The notes under the pieces were generated by a model. That model had not been told where the DNA came from. It did no database searches and worked only from the letters and a program-made list of their open reading frames with translations. DNA of 63,170 nucleotides, filler included, from Octopus bimaculoides (Eukaryota), in assembly GCF_001194135.2 (NCBI RefSeq). It is 4 parts of 4 records of this genome, joined end to end, with 100 filler letters (N's around TTAATTAATTAA, not from the genome) between each part and the next. Parts side by side here need not be neighbours in the genome. Positions count along the whole stretch, not along the records: positions 27,020 to 57,900 come from NC_068988.1; positions 58,001 to 61,308 come from NW_026330383.1; positions 61,409 to 63,170 come from NW_026301236.1; 1 more part is not named here. One strand, written 5' to 3'. Position numbers and translations under genes: made by a program. Shown here piece after piece: positions 51,466-62,741 of this stretch (the first letter of the stretch is position 1; every line of letters begins with the position of its first letter).

Positions 51466-51962
51466 CATTATTTACATTATTTACAATTGACGGATATTTG
51501 TCCTCATCTTGTTTGTTGTTAACACAACGTTTTGGCTGATATACCCTCCAGCCTTCATCAGGTGTCATAGAGAAATTTCGAACCCGGGTTCTCATTCCTA
51601 AAGTATTTTATGATGTTGTTATTATTATTATTATTCAGGTCACTGCCTGAAATCGAACTTGGAATCTTGGGGTTTGTAGCCCACGCTCTTAACCACTACG
51701 CCATATTGCCCATGGGCATATGGCGTAGTGGTTAAGATTCCAAGTTCGATTCCAGGCAGTGACCTGAACAACGACGCTGCCGACGACAACAACAACAGCA
51801 AATACCTTAGGAATGAAAACCCAGGTTCGAAATTTCCCCAAGATATCTGATGAAGGCTGGAGGGTATATCAGCCGAAACATTGGGTTAACAACAAACAAG
51901 ATGAGGACAAATATCTGTCAATTGTAAATAATGCACATAATTCATCTCTTAAATATTAGAAT
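51466..51962. mobile_element. Second head-to-head palindromic pLTR dimer, in the last intron of the calumenin-like gene
   Basis: Centre palindrome TGCCCATGGGCA at 51707-51718; arms are reverse complements; right arm lacks the anticodon-arm segment; minus-strand core reads CAGCC-AAA (G12A). Confidence 0.95.
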
Positions 51963-52052
51963 GAACCATAAAGTTACAAGGCAATCAACAGAAAAAAGCA
52001 GGCCATTGTAAGCAGTAAACAAAGGAGAAATACATGAGGCTTGCATACTTAC

Positions 52053-52257
52053 TCATTTCGTTGTCCATGCCATATTCAGCTAAATCTATTTTGTTATCGC
52101 CGTTCTTGTCATGTTCCCGAAGGGCTCGTTTTATTTCATGATCATACATGAATTCATAGTCATAGGGATGAAGAATAGCTGGGAATTCACTTTCATCCAA
52201 ATTTCCATCCTTATTTCGATCGGCCACTTTGAATTTCTCTTCATCATCTTCAATAAT
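52053..52257 (-). CDS. CALU: Calumenin-like exon: EF3 and EF4
   Basis: TAG acceptor and GTAAGT donor, phase 0 to 1; IIEDDEEKFKVADRNKDGNLDESEFPAILHP..HDKNGDNKIDLAEY. Confidence 0.93.
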
Positions 52258-52723
52258 CTATTTTGAATGAAGAAAACATATTTTAAAAGTTGCTCATTCA
52301 TTTGTTTTATGCCTACTTTTGCATGCTAGCATAGGATGGGAGATAAAATATGTATGTTTTACAGCTGGATGCTCTATTAGTCTTCCATAAGGGATTTTTT
52401 TCATCTTTGAAAACACAGAGCTAGAGGATAATTTGTTGACAGAGAATATCAACATAACGTAAACTTCTTTCTTTTGCTCAACGCTTTTATGCAAATATGC
52501 AACATGTAAACATGTACAGACACACACATACACTTATGTCTATAGACACAACAATGTTCATCACTCAATTTGTCCCTGTCAAGCCTTCCAACCCTCTCAC
52601 CTTCCTGTCAGCAGAACTACATATTTCATATCCATTTTCTACTACCAGTTATCCCTCCCTTTCTGCTGAAACCACTTTCTTTTGACATCTAATTTTTATT
52701 CTTAATGTTAAACATTTTTTAAG

Positions 52724-52935
52724 GCAATGAGCTGGCAGAATTGCCATAGGCTGGGCAAAAAAGCTTAGCAGCATTTCGTCTGTCTTTGCATTCTGAGTTC
52801 GAATTCCACTGAGGTTGACTTTGCCTTTCATCCTTTTGGGGTTAATAAAATAAGTACCAGTTGGGTACTGGGGTTGATGTAATCGACTGACCTTTCCCCT
52901 GAAATAACTGGCCTTATGTCAAAATGTGAAACCAA
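52724..52935 (+). mobile_element. SINE family A
   Basis: GAGCTGGCAGAA..TTCTGAGTTCGAATTCC..TTGCCTTTCATCC. Confidence 0.85.
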
Positions 52936-53546
52936 CATTAGATCATCTTGCCTTAATTTTCCACCTTTTCTATGTCACTAGTTATCTCCCCCTTCCCTCT
53001 CTTACCAGCTATTCTCATCCACCCTAGTATAATGCATGGTGGCCTTGTATCCCCCACCCACAAAAAAAAAAAAGATACTTGTTCTAGTCCCTTTATCATA
53101 CTTTTGTCTCTCAACACAAACCTCCACAACTTGCCAGATTTAGTTGGAATGTCTAACCTGCATCTGTATGGAAGATGGACGTTACTTAACAATTATGAGG
53201 ACAATATAAATACAACAGGCTTCCATACAGTTTCTGCTGTTTGGAAGCCTTCCACTATAGAAGACATTTGTCAAAGGTGCCACACATTGAAATAAAACTC
53301 AAAATCAAACAGTAACAAGGGAAATGTTGAAACCACACAACCATGCCTGTACTTGTATTTTTTTAGAATTTGTTACCAAAAAAATTTTCTGCTTTAGAAG
53401 TTATATTAGTAAACATTGTTGTATGATATAGAGAACGGGCAAGGGTGACTGGTGGGGGAATTTATATAAATGGCTAAAAGTTGTATTAAGAAAGGCAGAC
53501 AAAAGAAGGAAACAATAAAGAGGAAAAATTCTGAAGAATGTTCTAA

Positions 53547-53910
53547 CTCATCATCATCATTTAATGTCTGTTGTCCATGCTGGCATGTGTTGGACAGTTT
53601 GACCAAGGTAGGTAAGCAGAGGGGCTGCACCAGATTCCCATCTGATTTGTCGTGGTTTCTATGGCTGGATGCCCTTCCTAATACCAACCCCTCTGAGAGT
53701 GTAATGAGTGCTTTTATGTGTCCATTAAGACAAGTGAAATCATAGTCATGGCAGTTACATGACACCAGTATCTGCCATGACTATGATTTCACTTGTCTTA
53801 ATGGATCTTTCTTCTCAAGCACAGCATATTGTAAAAGGTCTCGGTCATTTGTCATTGCCTCCATGAAGCTCAGCACTCGAAAAGTGCTTTTTATGAGCCA
53901 CTGGCATGGT
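53547..53910 (-). mobile_element. Family D copy containing a perfect 34-bp hairpin
   Basis: GGCTGGATGCCCTTCCTAATACCAACC; inverted repeat arms 53721-53754 and 53772-53805. Confidence 0.85.
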
Positions 53911-54460
53911 TGCTAATTCCACAAAACAAAATTACAATTATCATCAAAATCTTATGCCTGTTGAAAGGATCCCTATTTTTGTCTTGTCCAGAGTGTGGTA
54001 ACCTCTTTAGTGCTGGTGTTATAAAATGCACCCACTGTAAAGTGGTTGGTGTTAGGAAAGGTATCCAGCTAAAGAAATCTTCGGAATTAAACCAAACTTA
54101 CAATGTATGAATGACACAATTCCCTGAGCTGTTATGGTGAACAATAACTAAGAGAATTAAAATAAACATGCTGTTCTTGGAAATAATCAGAAACCCTAGA
54201 CATTACAAAAATTGTTAAATATTAAAGGCTTGAGAATTTGTGCAAGCTATGGGTCAATCATGGACAAAGATGCTGGCAGGGCTTTCTGAGTGGCATACCT
54301 AACAAAGAATTACCTTGAAATTTTTTAGGAGTGGGGCCTGTTTGATAATGAGTCATGTCTCATGTGGCCTGCTTCTTGCAAAAGGTTGCCCATGCTTGCT
54401 ATAGACATTATGTACAAACAACAGATTGGGTCAATTACATATCAGTTACATCCACCTTAC

Positions 54461-54626
54461 CTTTAATATTTCTTCATTTTCTTGGCCGCCTTTTGCTTTC
54501 ATTTCTTTCAGAAATTCTGGTGTATATGAATAAAATTTCTGCACATATTCTTCCCAAGTGATCTTCTTATCTCCATTAGTATCCATGCTACTAAATTCTT
54601 CATTAATCTCATCCTTGTCAAGATTT
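54461..54626 (-). CDS. CALU: Calumenin-like exon: EF2
   Basis: TTTCTTTCAG acceptor and GTAAGG donor, phase 2 to 0; NLDKDEINEEFSSMDTNGDKKITWEEYVQKFY. Confidence 0.92.
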
Positions 54627-55582
54627 CTGAAAGAAAAACAAACTACATTGTAAACAAATCATCCTCTAGCACTGTAATTTCAAAGACAAGTGAAACAAAG
54701 TGGAAAAAAAAAAAAACTAAGGATTTATAGCAAGAGGGCATCTGTCTGTAAAACAATGCTTCAAAACCTATTTGTCCGACACATACTATCAGCTACATCA
54801 TTTAAAGTCCATTTTTCATGTTGGCATGGGTTAGACAAATGGAAAAACGAATATAAAACAACTGAATGAATAAACCATCTACTGAGTTCCAACACAATTT
54901 TACAGAAGTTACTAAAAAGAAATGGAAATAGTGTTTGTAGGAATTTTTTGAGTGTATAAGTGAAAATTTAATAGCTGCAGTTATTCCTTCCTTTTGGAAC
55001 TGGCTAAAATTGGATTTCAATTTGTCATCATTGCAAATTAGTACTCAATGTCATAATATATATTTATAGTTGAAATGTTCAAGGACTAGTCAGAATGACT
55101 CATTTCACTATATAATTTCAGCTGAGGTGGGACAGCATTCCATCACAAAGTCCATCTTTATTGCAGTGTAGTGGTCCTGAGAGCTCTGTCAGTAGAGCGC
55201 AAGCTTTTGGTAGGGCCTCCCATACTAGACAGATCAAAAGATAGAGGACAAACTAAGAAAGACCACTGCTTCCTAGAGATGGAAATGGGTTTGTGTGGGG
55301 CAAACACACCTACCTAGAAAAATTACAAAGTTACAGCAGCATAAATGGCAATTCAAAACCAACAGGGCCTGGAAGAAGGCCTTCAATTGTGGTACAGCAA
55401 AATCCAAATGGAAAAAGAAGGACCCAACTGGAGAGAAGCAAAAACGACAGTCTAAAATCAAAAACAGTGGCGAAAATTCATTGATGGCTTACATTTAATA
55501 GGAGCCAAAGGGCTTAAATAAATGAAATAGTATAGTATTAACTTGATGGAATAAACTCAGTAGCATTATTATTATCAAACCA

Positions 55583-55797
55583 AAGGCGGTGAGCAGGCAA
55601 AATCATTAGCTCATCAGATGCAATGCTTCGTGGTATTTCGTCTGCCTTCAAATTCTGAGTTCAAATTCCACAGAGGTCAATGTTGCCTTTCATATTTTCA
55701 GGGTCGATAAAACAAGTACCAGTTGAGTACTGGAGTCGATGTAATCATCTATCCCCCTCCTCCCAAGTATCAGGCCTTGTGCCTGTAGTAGAAAGGA
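55583..55797 (+). mobile_element. SINE family A
   Basis: GGCGGTGAGCAGGC..TTCTGAGTTCAAATTCC..AAGTACCAGTT. Confidence 0.85.
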
Positions 55798-55959
55798 TTT
55801 TTAATATCTAAGACATGAAACTATCCATCTATAAATGCTTGCATTTAAATTAAATCTCTCCATAATTTTTACACAAGATACCTTTAGTTAAGTTGCTTCA
55901 AATGCCAGGTTAATAATTGTTTCTCGTTAAGGTATAATGCCAGTGATTTTAACAGGAGG

Positions 55960-56970
55960 GGATAAACTAATTAAATTGACTGGTACTTTATTTTAATGAT
56001 CCTTGAGGAATGAAAAGCAAAGTTGACTTGAGAAAATCAGTATCTGGAGTATAAAGAACTAGATGAAATACTGTAAAACATATTGGTTGATGCCCTAACA
56101 ATACTGCCTATCTACAGTTCATAATAATGTTTCGACTGGTATTTGACCTTATTAACTATTTGTTTAGTATTCAGTCCATAATACTTCTTACAAAATTCAT
56201 TAGGATTATTTACAGTTGAAGCAAGTGTCACAATGTTGCAATATCTTGCACAAAGATAGGAAGGAAAACAAGACTAACACATTAAAAGTTACTGTTTGCA
56301 AATATTTAAGACATTATTTAAAGATGATAATCAATATATTACAACATCACATGATACTAGACAAACTATCATGTATATTGATTTTTGAAATGACTTACAA
56401 ATATAAAAAGGAAGAACTAGGGAAAAAAACAAACATGTTGAGAAAAGAAAAAAAATATAAAAAAGACAATTTTTGCACAAGGTTGGCGATTTTAGGAGAA
56501 GAGTAGGTCAATTACATCAACCCCAGTAATCAACTGGTACTTATTTTATCGACCCCCAAAAGATGAAAGACAAAGTCAACCTTTGTGGTATTTGGACTCA
56601 GAATATAGTCAGACAAAATGCTGCTAAGCATTTTGTTTGACATGCTTAAGCTTTTGCCAGCTCAAGAAATTATGCTAACAATATAATTTTTTCCATTAAA
56701 GGCACACAGCCTGAAATTTTGGGGGAAGGGTTAAGTCGATTACATCAACGCCAGTGCTCAACTGGTACTTATTTTATCAACTCCTAAAGAATTAGAAAGG
56801 CAGAATTTGAATTTAGATAGACAAAATGCTGCTAAGCATTTTGCCCAGTTTACTAACAATTCTACCAGCTCACCACCTTAATAATAATAATAATAATAAT
56901 AATAATTCTACTGAACCTGAAATTTTGTGGGGATAGGCTAATCGATTACACTGAACCCCAGTGCTTAAGG
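55960..56970 (-). mobile_element. Cluster of 3-4 minus-strand SINE family A copies
   Basis: AACTGGTACTTATTTTATC motif near 55978, 56530 and 56760; heads end GCCAGCTC at ~56662 and ~56870. Confidence 0.8.
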
Positions 56971-57029
56971 AGAGGAGCAAAGAAGTTAATATTTATATGA
57001 ATGGCTAAAATGAACCATGTTTTACTTAC

Positions 57030-57177
57030 TTGAAAGAGTTATAGACCCAAGATTGTAGTTCAGGAACAACAAGTTTGCCATCTTTATTTAGATCCATCAT
57101 TGGAATTAAACGTGTAAGTCTTTCCTTGGCTTCATCCGGAGGCAGTTCATTAAATTCTTCTTCAGCCTTTTTAGACC
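57030..57177 (-). CDS. CALU: Calumenin-like exon: EF1 (first visible coding exon, begins in phase 1)
   Basis: TTTCATCAG acceptor and GTAAGT donor; GSKKAEEEFNELPPDEAKERLTRLIPMMDLNKDGKLVVPELQSWV parallels the calumenin FDQLTPEESKERL region. Confidence 0.92.
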
Positions 57178-57559
57178 CTGATGAAACAAACAAGCACACA
57201 ATTGCAAAAAATGGTAGATACTTTCACTTCAGTTTCCTTATATTTAGCTTAATTCAATTTCAAGAATTTTATCAACAAAAGCATTATTGGGTATAGAAAG
57301 TCACTGATTAATCCTGGTCATGCAAGACTTATGGGTAAAGGCCTTCCAGCCTTTACCACCATTCACAACTTTTAAGACAAAGAAGAATGTACTCAAAACA
57401 GGTCACTGGTTAATACTTTAGAATAAGAATTAGAAAGACTGAGATACAGAAAAGAGACTGGAGAAGGAAAATACGAAAGCTACAACTCCTCTCCTACATA
57501 TATATATTTTCAGAGTGATTACAGATGATGACCTTCGACGCTAGAAATGGCAGCTGACA

Positions 57560-57878
57560 CAAGCAACAACAGAGTGGTGTGTTCACCACAACAATGTGAA
57601 TAAAGAAGAATTACAACTGACAGAGTAATCTGAACGCTAAAGGGTTAAGCTGGCCAGATCTAGTATAAATATTCTACCTGTTTTATGTTCAAACTGGCCA
57701 GATCCAGTTTCTCACACCTACCCTTTATGAGACAAAAAGCATTTTGAGAATGCCATTCTCAAAATAAGCAATCACATCACTGAAATCTAAAAGCTATGAG
57801 ATAACACATGATTAAACCAAAACAATGGGAATAAATAAGCCACAGATATGAGAAAGAGCTGTGAATGCTAAGGGGTTA
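57560..57878. mobile_element. piggyBac-type MITE fragments (two right ends)
   Basis: AACGCTAAAGGGTTAA at ~57633 and ATGCTAAGGGGTTAA at ~57864; internal similarity to 32146-32366. Confidence 0.7.
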
Positions 57879-58000
57879 AGGGATAATCCAATACTATTTT
57901 NNNNNNNNNNNNNNNNNNNNNNNNNNNNNNNNNNNNNNNNNNNNTTAATTAATTAANNNNNNNNNNNNNNNNNNNNNNNNNNNNNNNNNNNNNNNNNNNN

Positions 58001-59060
58001 TTTACATTGAAATGGTTTCTCTCCAGTCTGTCTTTTCTCATGCATTTTTAAGTTACCAGAATGAGAGAATGACTCCTTACATTTTTCAGAACGAGGTGGT
58101 TTCTTTCCAGTCTGTCTTTTCTCGTGCCCTTTGAAATCACCAGAACGAGAGAATGACTTTGTACNNNNNNNNNNTGAGAGAATGACTTACCACATTCCTG
58201 ACATTGAAACGGTTTCTCTCCAGTGTGTATTCTCTCATGTATTCTTAATTTAGTAGAACGAGAGAATGACATTCCACATTCCTTACACTGATATGGTTTC
58301 TCTCCAGAATGTATTCTTTCATGTCTTGTTAAATCACTAGACTGAGAGAATGACATTCCACATTCCTTACACTGATATGGTTTCTCTCCAGAATGTATTC
58401 TCTCATGTATTCTTAAACCACTAGAACGAGAGAATGACTTACCACATTCCTGACATTGAAACGGTTTCTCTCCAGTGTGTATTCTCTCATGTATTCTTAA
58501 TTTAGTAGAACGAGAGAATGACTTACCACATGGCTTCTCTCCAGAATGTATTCTCTCATGTGTTCTTAAATCACCAGAACGAGAGAATGACTTTGTACAC
58601 ATTTTACATTGAAATAGTTTCTCTCCAGTCTGTCTTTTCTCATGTGTTCTTAAGGTACCAGAATGAGAGAATGACTTCTTACATTTTTCAGAATGAAGTG
58701 GTTTCATTCCAGTGTCTTTTTTCACTTGTTTACTGAAGTCACTAGAGTCAGGTAATTTCTCTCCAAAATCCTTACTCTGGAATGCTTTCTCTCCAGAATG
58801 GATTTTCTTGTGTTTTGTGAATATACAAGAGTCAGAAAATTTCTTTCCACAGTTCTCACGCCGGAATGGTTTCTCTTTGGAATTCACATCAGTGACATTT
58901 GATAAATCATCTTTTCTGCAGTTTGTTCCACTCTTAATTGATTGTGTTTGTATTTTATTATTTTCCGGTGACAAATTCATTCTAGGTTGCTCCAAGTCTT
59001 CAAGCATTTTGGTACTCTCAAGAAATGTATCAATCTGAGAAATTGAGGAATGACAGTTAT
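58001..59060 (-). CDS. PRDM9: PRDM7/9-like gene, C2H2 zinc-finger array exon (incomplete, gap-interrupted)
   Basis: TATTTACAG acceptor at 59061-59062, phase 1 matching the SET exon donor; three degenerate then canonical TGEKP-linked fingers; 10-N gap at 58165-58174; fingers continue in another frame into the gap at 58000. Confidence 0.85.
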
Positions 59061-59633
59061 CTGTAAATATAAAGAAACATGACTGAGAAAAAACTGTTTT
59101 TAAATATCAATAAATACACACTCACACACAGACACACACACTTTGTAGAATATTGGGTGAGAAAACTTCTTGGGTGACAAATTCTTGGTGTTAAGAACAT
59201 AGCTTCTTAATTAGATGGAGAAAATTCTAAGGTTTGCTTTGGTGTAACGGTAGCACATCTGACATCTGTAGTATGGACAACCCTTAAAATTTTTTTCATA
59301 TGAGGGTCTCTTTTGTTTAACTCAATATTTTGCCAAACTGCTAAGTTATGGGGACGTAAACACACCAGCGAAACTCCATCTATAAGTCATTTGTGGATGC
59401 AGACCACCTTCTACTAATATTGTTGTATCTAATTATATAAATAGCTACATCTGTTGCTTCTAAAGGAAGAAAAGGAGAGACTGTTGGCAGCAATAGTAGT
59501 GGTACAGATGTTGGTGATGATGATGATGATGACTGTAAATGATGAGAGAGAGAGAAAGAGAGGTGGAAAGGGAGGGAGGGAGAGTGAGAGAGAGAAAGTG
59601 AGAGAGAGTTAATTATAAATAAGAGATTTTTAC

Positions 59634-59928
59634 CTGCAGAACTGATTGTTTCTGATAACTCTGCCCCAACAGTGGAAACAGTCTTTGTTTTCGGTTGTTT
59701 ACCTCGTAGTATACCAAGATATTTGGCATATTCTTCTCCATACCAGACAAGTAATTCTTCACCAGGAACAATGTTTCTTAATGTTCTATAGTAAATATTA
59801 TCATTGTACTGAAAAGCTGTTAAATTCTGTTCTTCTTCCGTCCTTGCGCAGTTTACGTATCGCAACCAATTAGAGATTTTCACATTCTTTGCTTCAACAG
59901 AATGGCTATGTTTTCCATTCCTTTTAAT
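59634..59928 (-). CDS. PRDM9: PRDM7/9-like gene, PR/SET domain C-terminal exon
   Basis: GATGCAG acceptor and GTAAAA donor; [55 protein letters not shown]. Confidence 0.9.
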
Positions 59929-60261
59929 CTGCATCAGAAATGGAACTAACAATGATTTTCAATAGTCATGTGACATAGAAGAAAGGGCAGTGTTCCTAAC
60001 CATTATTGTCCCTCTCAGACTGATATGGTGGTTAAGTTAGTGTTAATGTTATGCAAAGACTATAATTCTATTTTCTTTCACCAACAAGTTGACAATATTC
60101 TACATTTATTTAGTGATCTTTGCATCTCTTTAGCAATCCCAACTAAGGTGTCACTTCAGGGATGATAAGAGATCCTAATACAACAGATTCATATCCAGAA
60201 TTTTCCAGAAAAATCCAAAAGAAATCTTTTGTTATTGAATAGCATTGCAAATTTTTTTATG

Positions 60262-60562
60262 CATTCTCTATTACTTGTTTCATTCATGTGACTGTGGCCA
60301 TGCTGGAGCACTGCCCAAGCTATTCTCGTTCTAGCAGCTATACTCTCAGAGCATCCACCCCTGCTACTGACTTGCTCACTTAGGTAACAGAAGCCATCAA
60401 CTACTTCTAGTTTTCCCTTCTGGCACGTGATTGAATCTATTTTATGTACATTTTTGGTGTTAATTGTACCTGTACACCTTCCACACACAAAAACAATCTT
60501 CCCTGTTAACCTTCCTCTAATATTGCTGCACCTCTTATGTGTCCCTAGCTTACACTGGCTAC
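60262..60562 (-). mobile_element. RTE-clade RT fragment joined to a SINE-B/CR1-type tail
   Basis: CKLGTHKRCSNIRGRL..FVCGRCTG..KLEVVDGFCYL.EQVSSRGGCSESIAARTRIAW, then GGCAGTGCTCCAGCATGGCCACAG. Confidence 0.8.
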
Positions 60563-60810
60563 ATTATTATTATTAACTTAGCTAACTGCTTATCGTTTTC
60601 ATCACAAAACCATATCTTATAAGCTAATATATGAACTGAAAAGAAATTACATGATACAGTACATCATTCTATAGCAGCAAATGGAAAACGAGTTATAATA
60701 GGTTTAATGTTGATGAAAAATTAATGATTTAAAATTGCTATAGTTAACACATTATGAATATTTTATAAATATTACATGTTGAGTATATTCCATTGTTTTT
60801 AACACATTAC

Positions 60811-61005
60811 CTGCCAACTGTAACCAGATACATAAGTATCATCCAAATCATTAATAATTTTTCCTTCGTAAGGGCCAAACGTGCTTCTAGCATGAATTGT
60901 AACAAGTGCAATAGCTCCAAGACCAGCTCCTGGAATTTTTGATTCTGTGATAGACACACAAGGTGGGGCAGTTAATTTGGCCCGATTGGGAGTTCCTTTA
61001 GCAAC
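60811..61005 (-). CDS. PRDM9: PRDM7/9-like gene, PR/SET domain N-terminal exon
   Basis: TTTACATTTAG acceptor and GTAATG donor; 65 codons, phase 0/0; VAKGTPNRAKLTAPP..SKIPGAGLG..TFGPYEGKI..SGYSWQ aligns by eye with human PRDM9 VDKGHPNRSALSLPP..SGIPQAGLG..HFGPYEG..GYSW. Confidence 0.9.
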
Positions 61006-62668
61006 CTAAATGTAAAGAAAAATAATTGATAATTGCATCAACTCTAATAAATTCTATGTTAGTAATTAACATAGATGGACTATATGTATTATCTCTTATC
61101 AGCCATAACAACATCTAGCATCATATTTCATTTTCTTTGAAGTCTTGCTATAAATGGTTGGAACTTCATATTACCAGACTAATATAAGAAGTATCTATCA
61201 TCGTCATCGTCGTCATTAAACATTCTTTTCCCATGTAGCATGGGTCAGATGAAATTTGTTGAAGCAGATTTTCTTTGGGTAAATTACTTTCTTATCACCA
61301 ACCCTTACNNNNNNNNNNNNNNNNNNNNNNNNNNNNNNNNNNNNNNNNNNNNTTAATTAATTAANNNNNNNNNNNNNNNNNNNNNNNNNNNNNNNNNNNN
61401 NNNNNNNNAAACAAGCTTTTGTCGGTTTTATAGATATTTCAAAATTATGATGCTATGACGCTAGGTGTTTCAATTATCTCATCCAACCCCTGTATATATG
61501 TTTTTGGGAGATTCTTTTCATAATGTGAATGAAGGGAGAAAAGTTATCTCTTATAAGTTGTCTCATTTGTGCCTTACCTGAAAAAGAAAAAAAAANNNNN
61601 NNNNNCCTCGAATTTGTATATACCATTGAAATCATACTTGTAACTTTCCGGTCTTCAGTGAACAGCTATTGTTCTTCATTTCTAAAATATTGCTTGGTAC
61701 CTTGTTCGGAATCTAGAAAACTAATGGCATTTTGTACAAGAAAGAATTCCTGTAGCAAAGATACTGTATATTCCAGATTTTAAATGTCCCATTTGGGATA
61801 AACATGAGGAAAATCGAGATGATAACGCATGAATTTTGTATGTTTGCTTCAGTATTAGCCATCATTAACTTCGAATNNNNNNNNNNNNNNNNNNNNNNNN
61901 NNNNNNNNNNNNNNNNNNNNNNNNNNNNTTTTTTTTGCGTTGCACTGATAACAATAAGCGATGAACCGTGCATATCATGTATAGATATACTTCTTTTGTG
62001 CGTAGCTCTGTGGATCAATACAGGAAGTAACATTCTAACTTCTCACAAAAAATATTATTGATTGGAACCATTTACTAAGGTCTGAATCCGGCAGAATTTT
62101 GGGAATATTTACGCAATGAAGGGAAATTTTATTCTATTGATTGAGTGATATATGTGAAAAGGTAACACATTTCTCTAGTAATTCCGAACCGAAATGTCTA
62201 AAAAGCCAAAATCTGAATAGCGATTAAAGCAGCTGCAGTTGGTATACTTGCAAACAGGTTCGAGGATAGTACAGTTTTTGNNNNNNNNNNGCTGCAGTTG
62301 GTATACTTGCAAACAGGTTCGAGGATAGTACAGTTTTTGCTTTTCTAAAATGTATCGTCTTCCATTTCCTGTACATCTACAACCAAGGACATTGACATTA
62401 ATATCATGCATTGCTATTGGGAGTTCAGCCCAGTTTACTTATCTTATTTTTGATATATTAATATATAAGNNNNNNNNNNNNNNNNNNNNNNNNNNNNNNN
62501 NNNNNNNNNNNNNNNNNNNNNNNNNNNNNNNNNNNNNNNNNNNNNNNNNNNTTATTTTTACTAAACCTAGAAAGATGAAAGGCAACGCCGATCTTGGTAA
62601 CTTTGCCACTAGAAAGGAATGTAAGTAAACACTGTAGCACTTAGTTCGGTTCATCCAGTAATCAAAGG

Positions 62669-62741
62669 TTACACATTCACAGAGACGAGGCACAATTGAC
62701 TGAATCGAGCCACTTCATCATTGGGTATCATTTCATCATCC
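62669..62741 (-). CDS. Possible terminal exon of an unidentified upstream gene
   Basis: Strong acceptor TTTATTTTTTGCTCTCTAG followed by DDEMIPNDEVARFSQLCLVSVNV-stop; no homology recognised. Confidence 0.25.

Noticed and set aside
58048-58164. C-terminus VQSHSLVLVISK.. and stop of the 319-aa ORF in the track
   Set aside because: Frame artefact of the 10-N gap; another frame continues as zinc fingers
62229-62340. About 50-bp direct repeat flanking a 10-N gap
   Set aside because: Identical overlap on both sides of a nominal gap indicates unmerged contig ends
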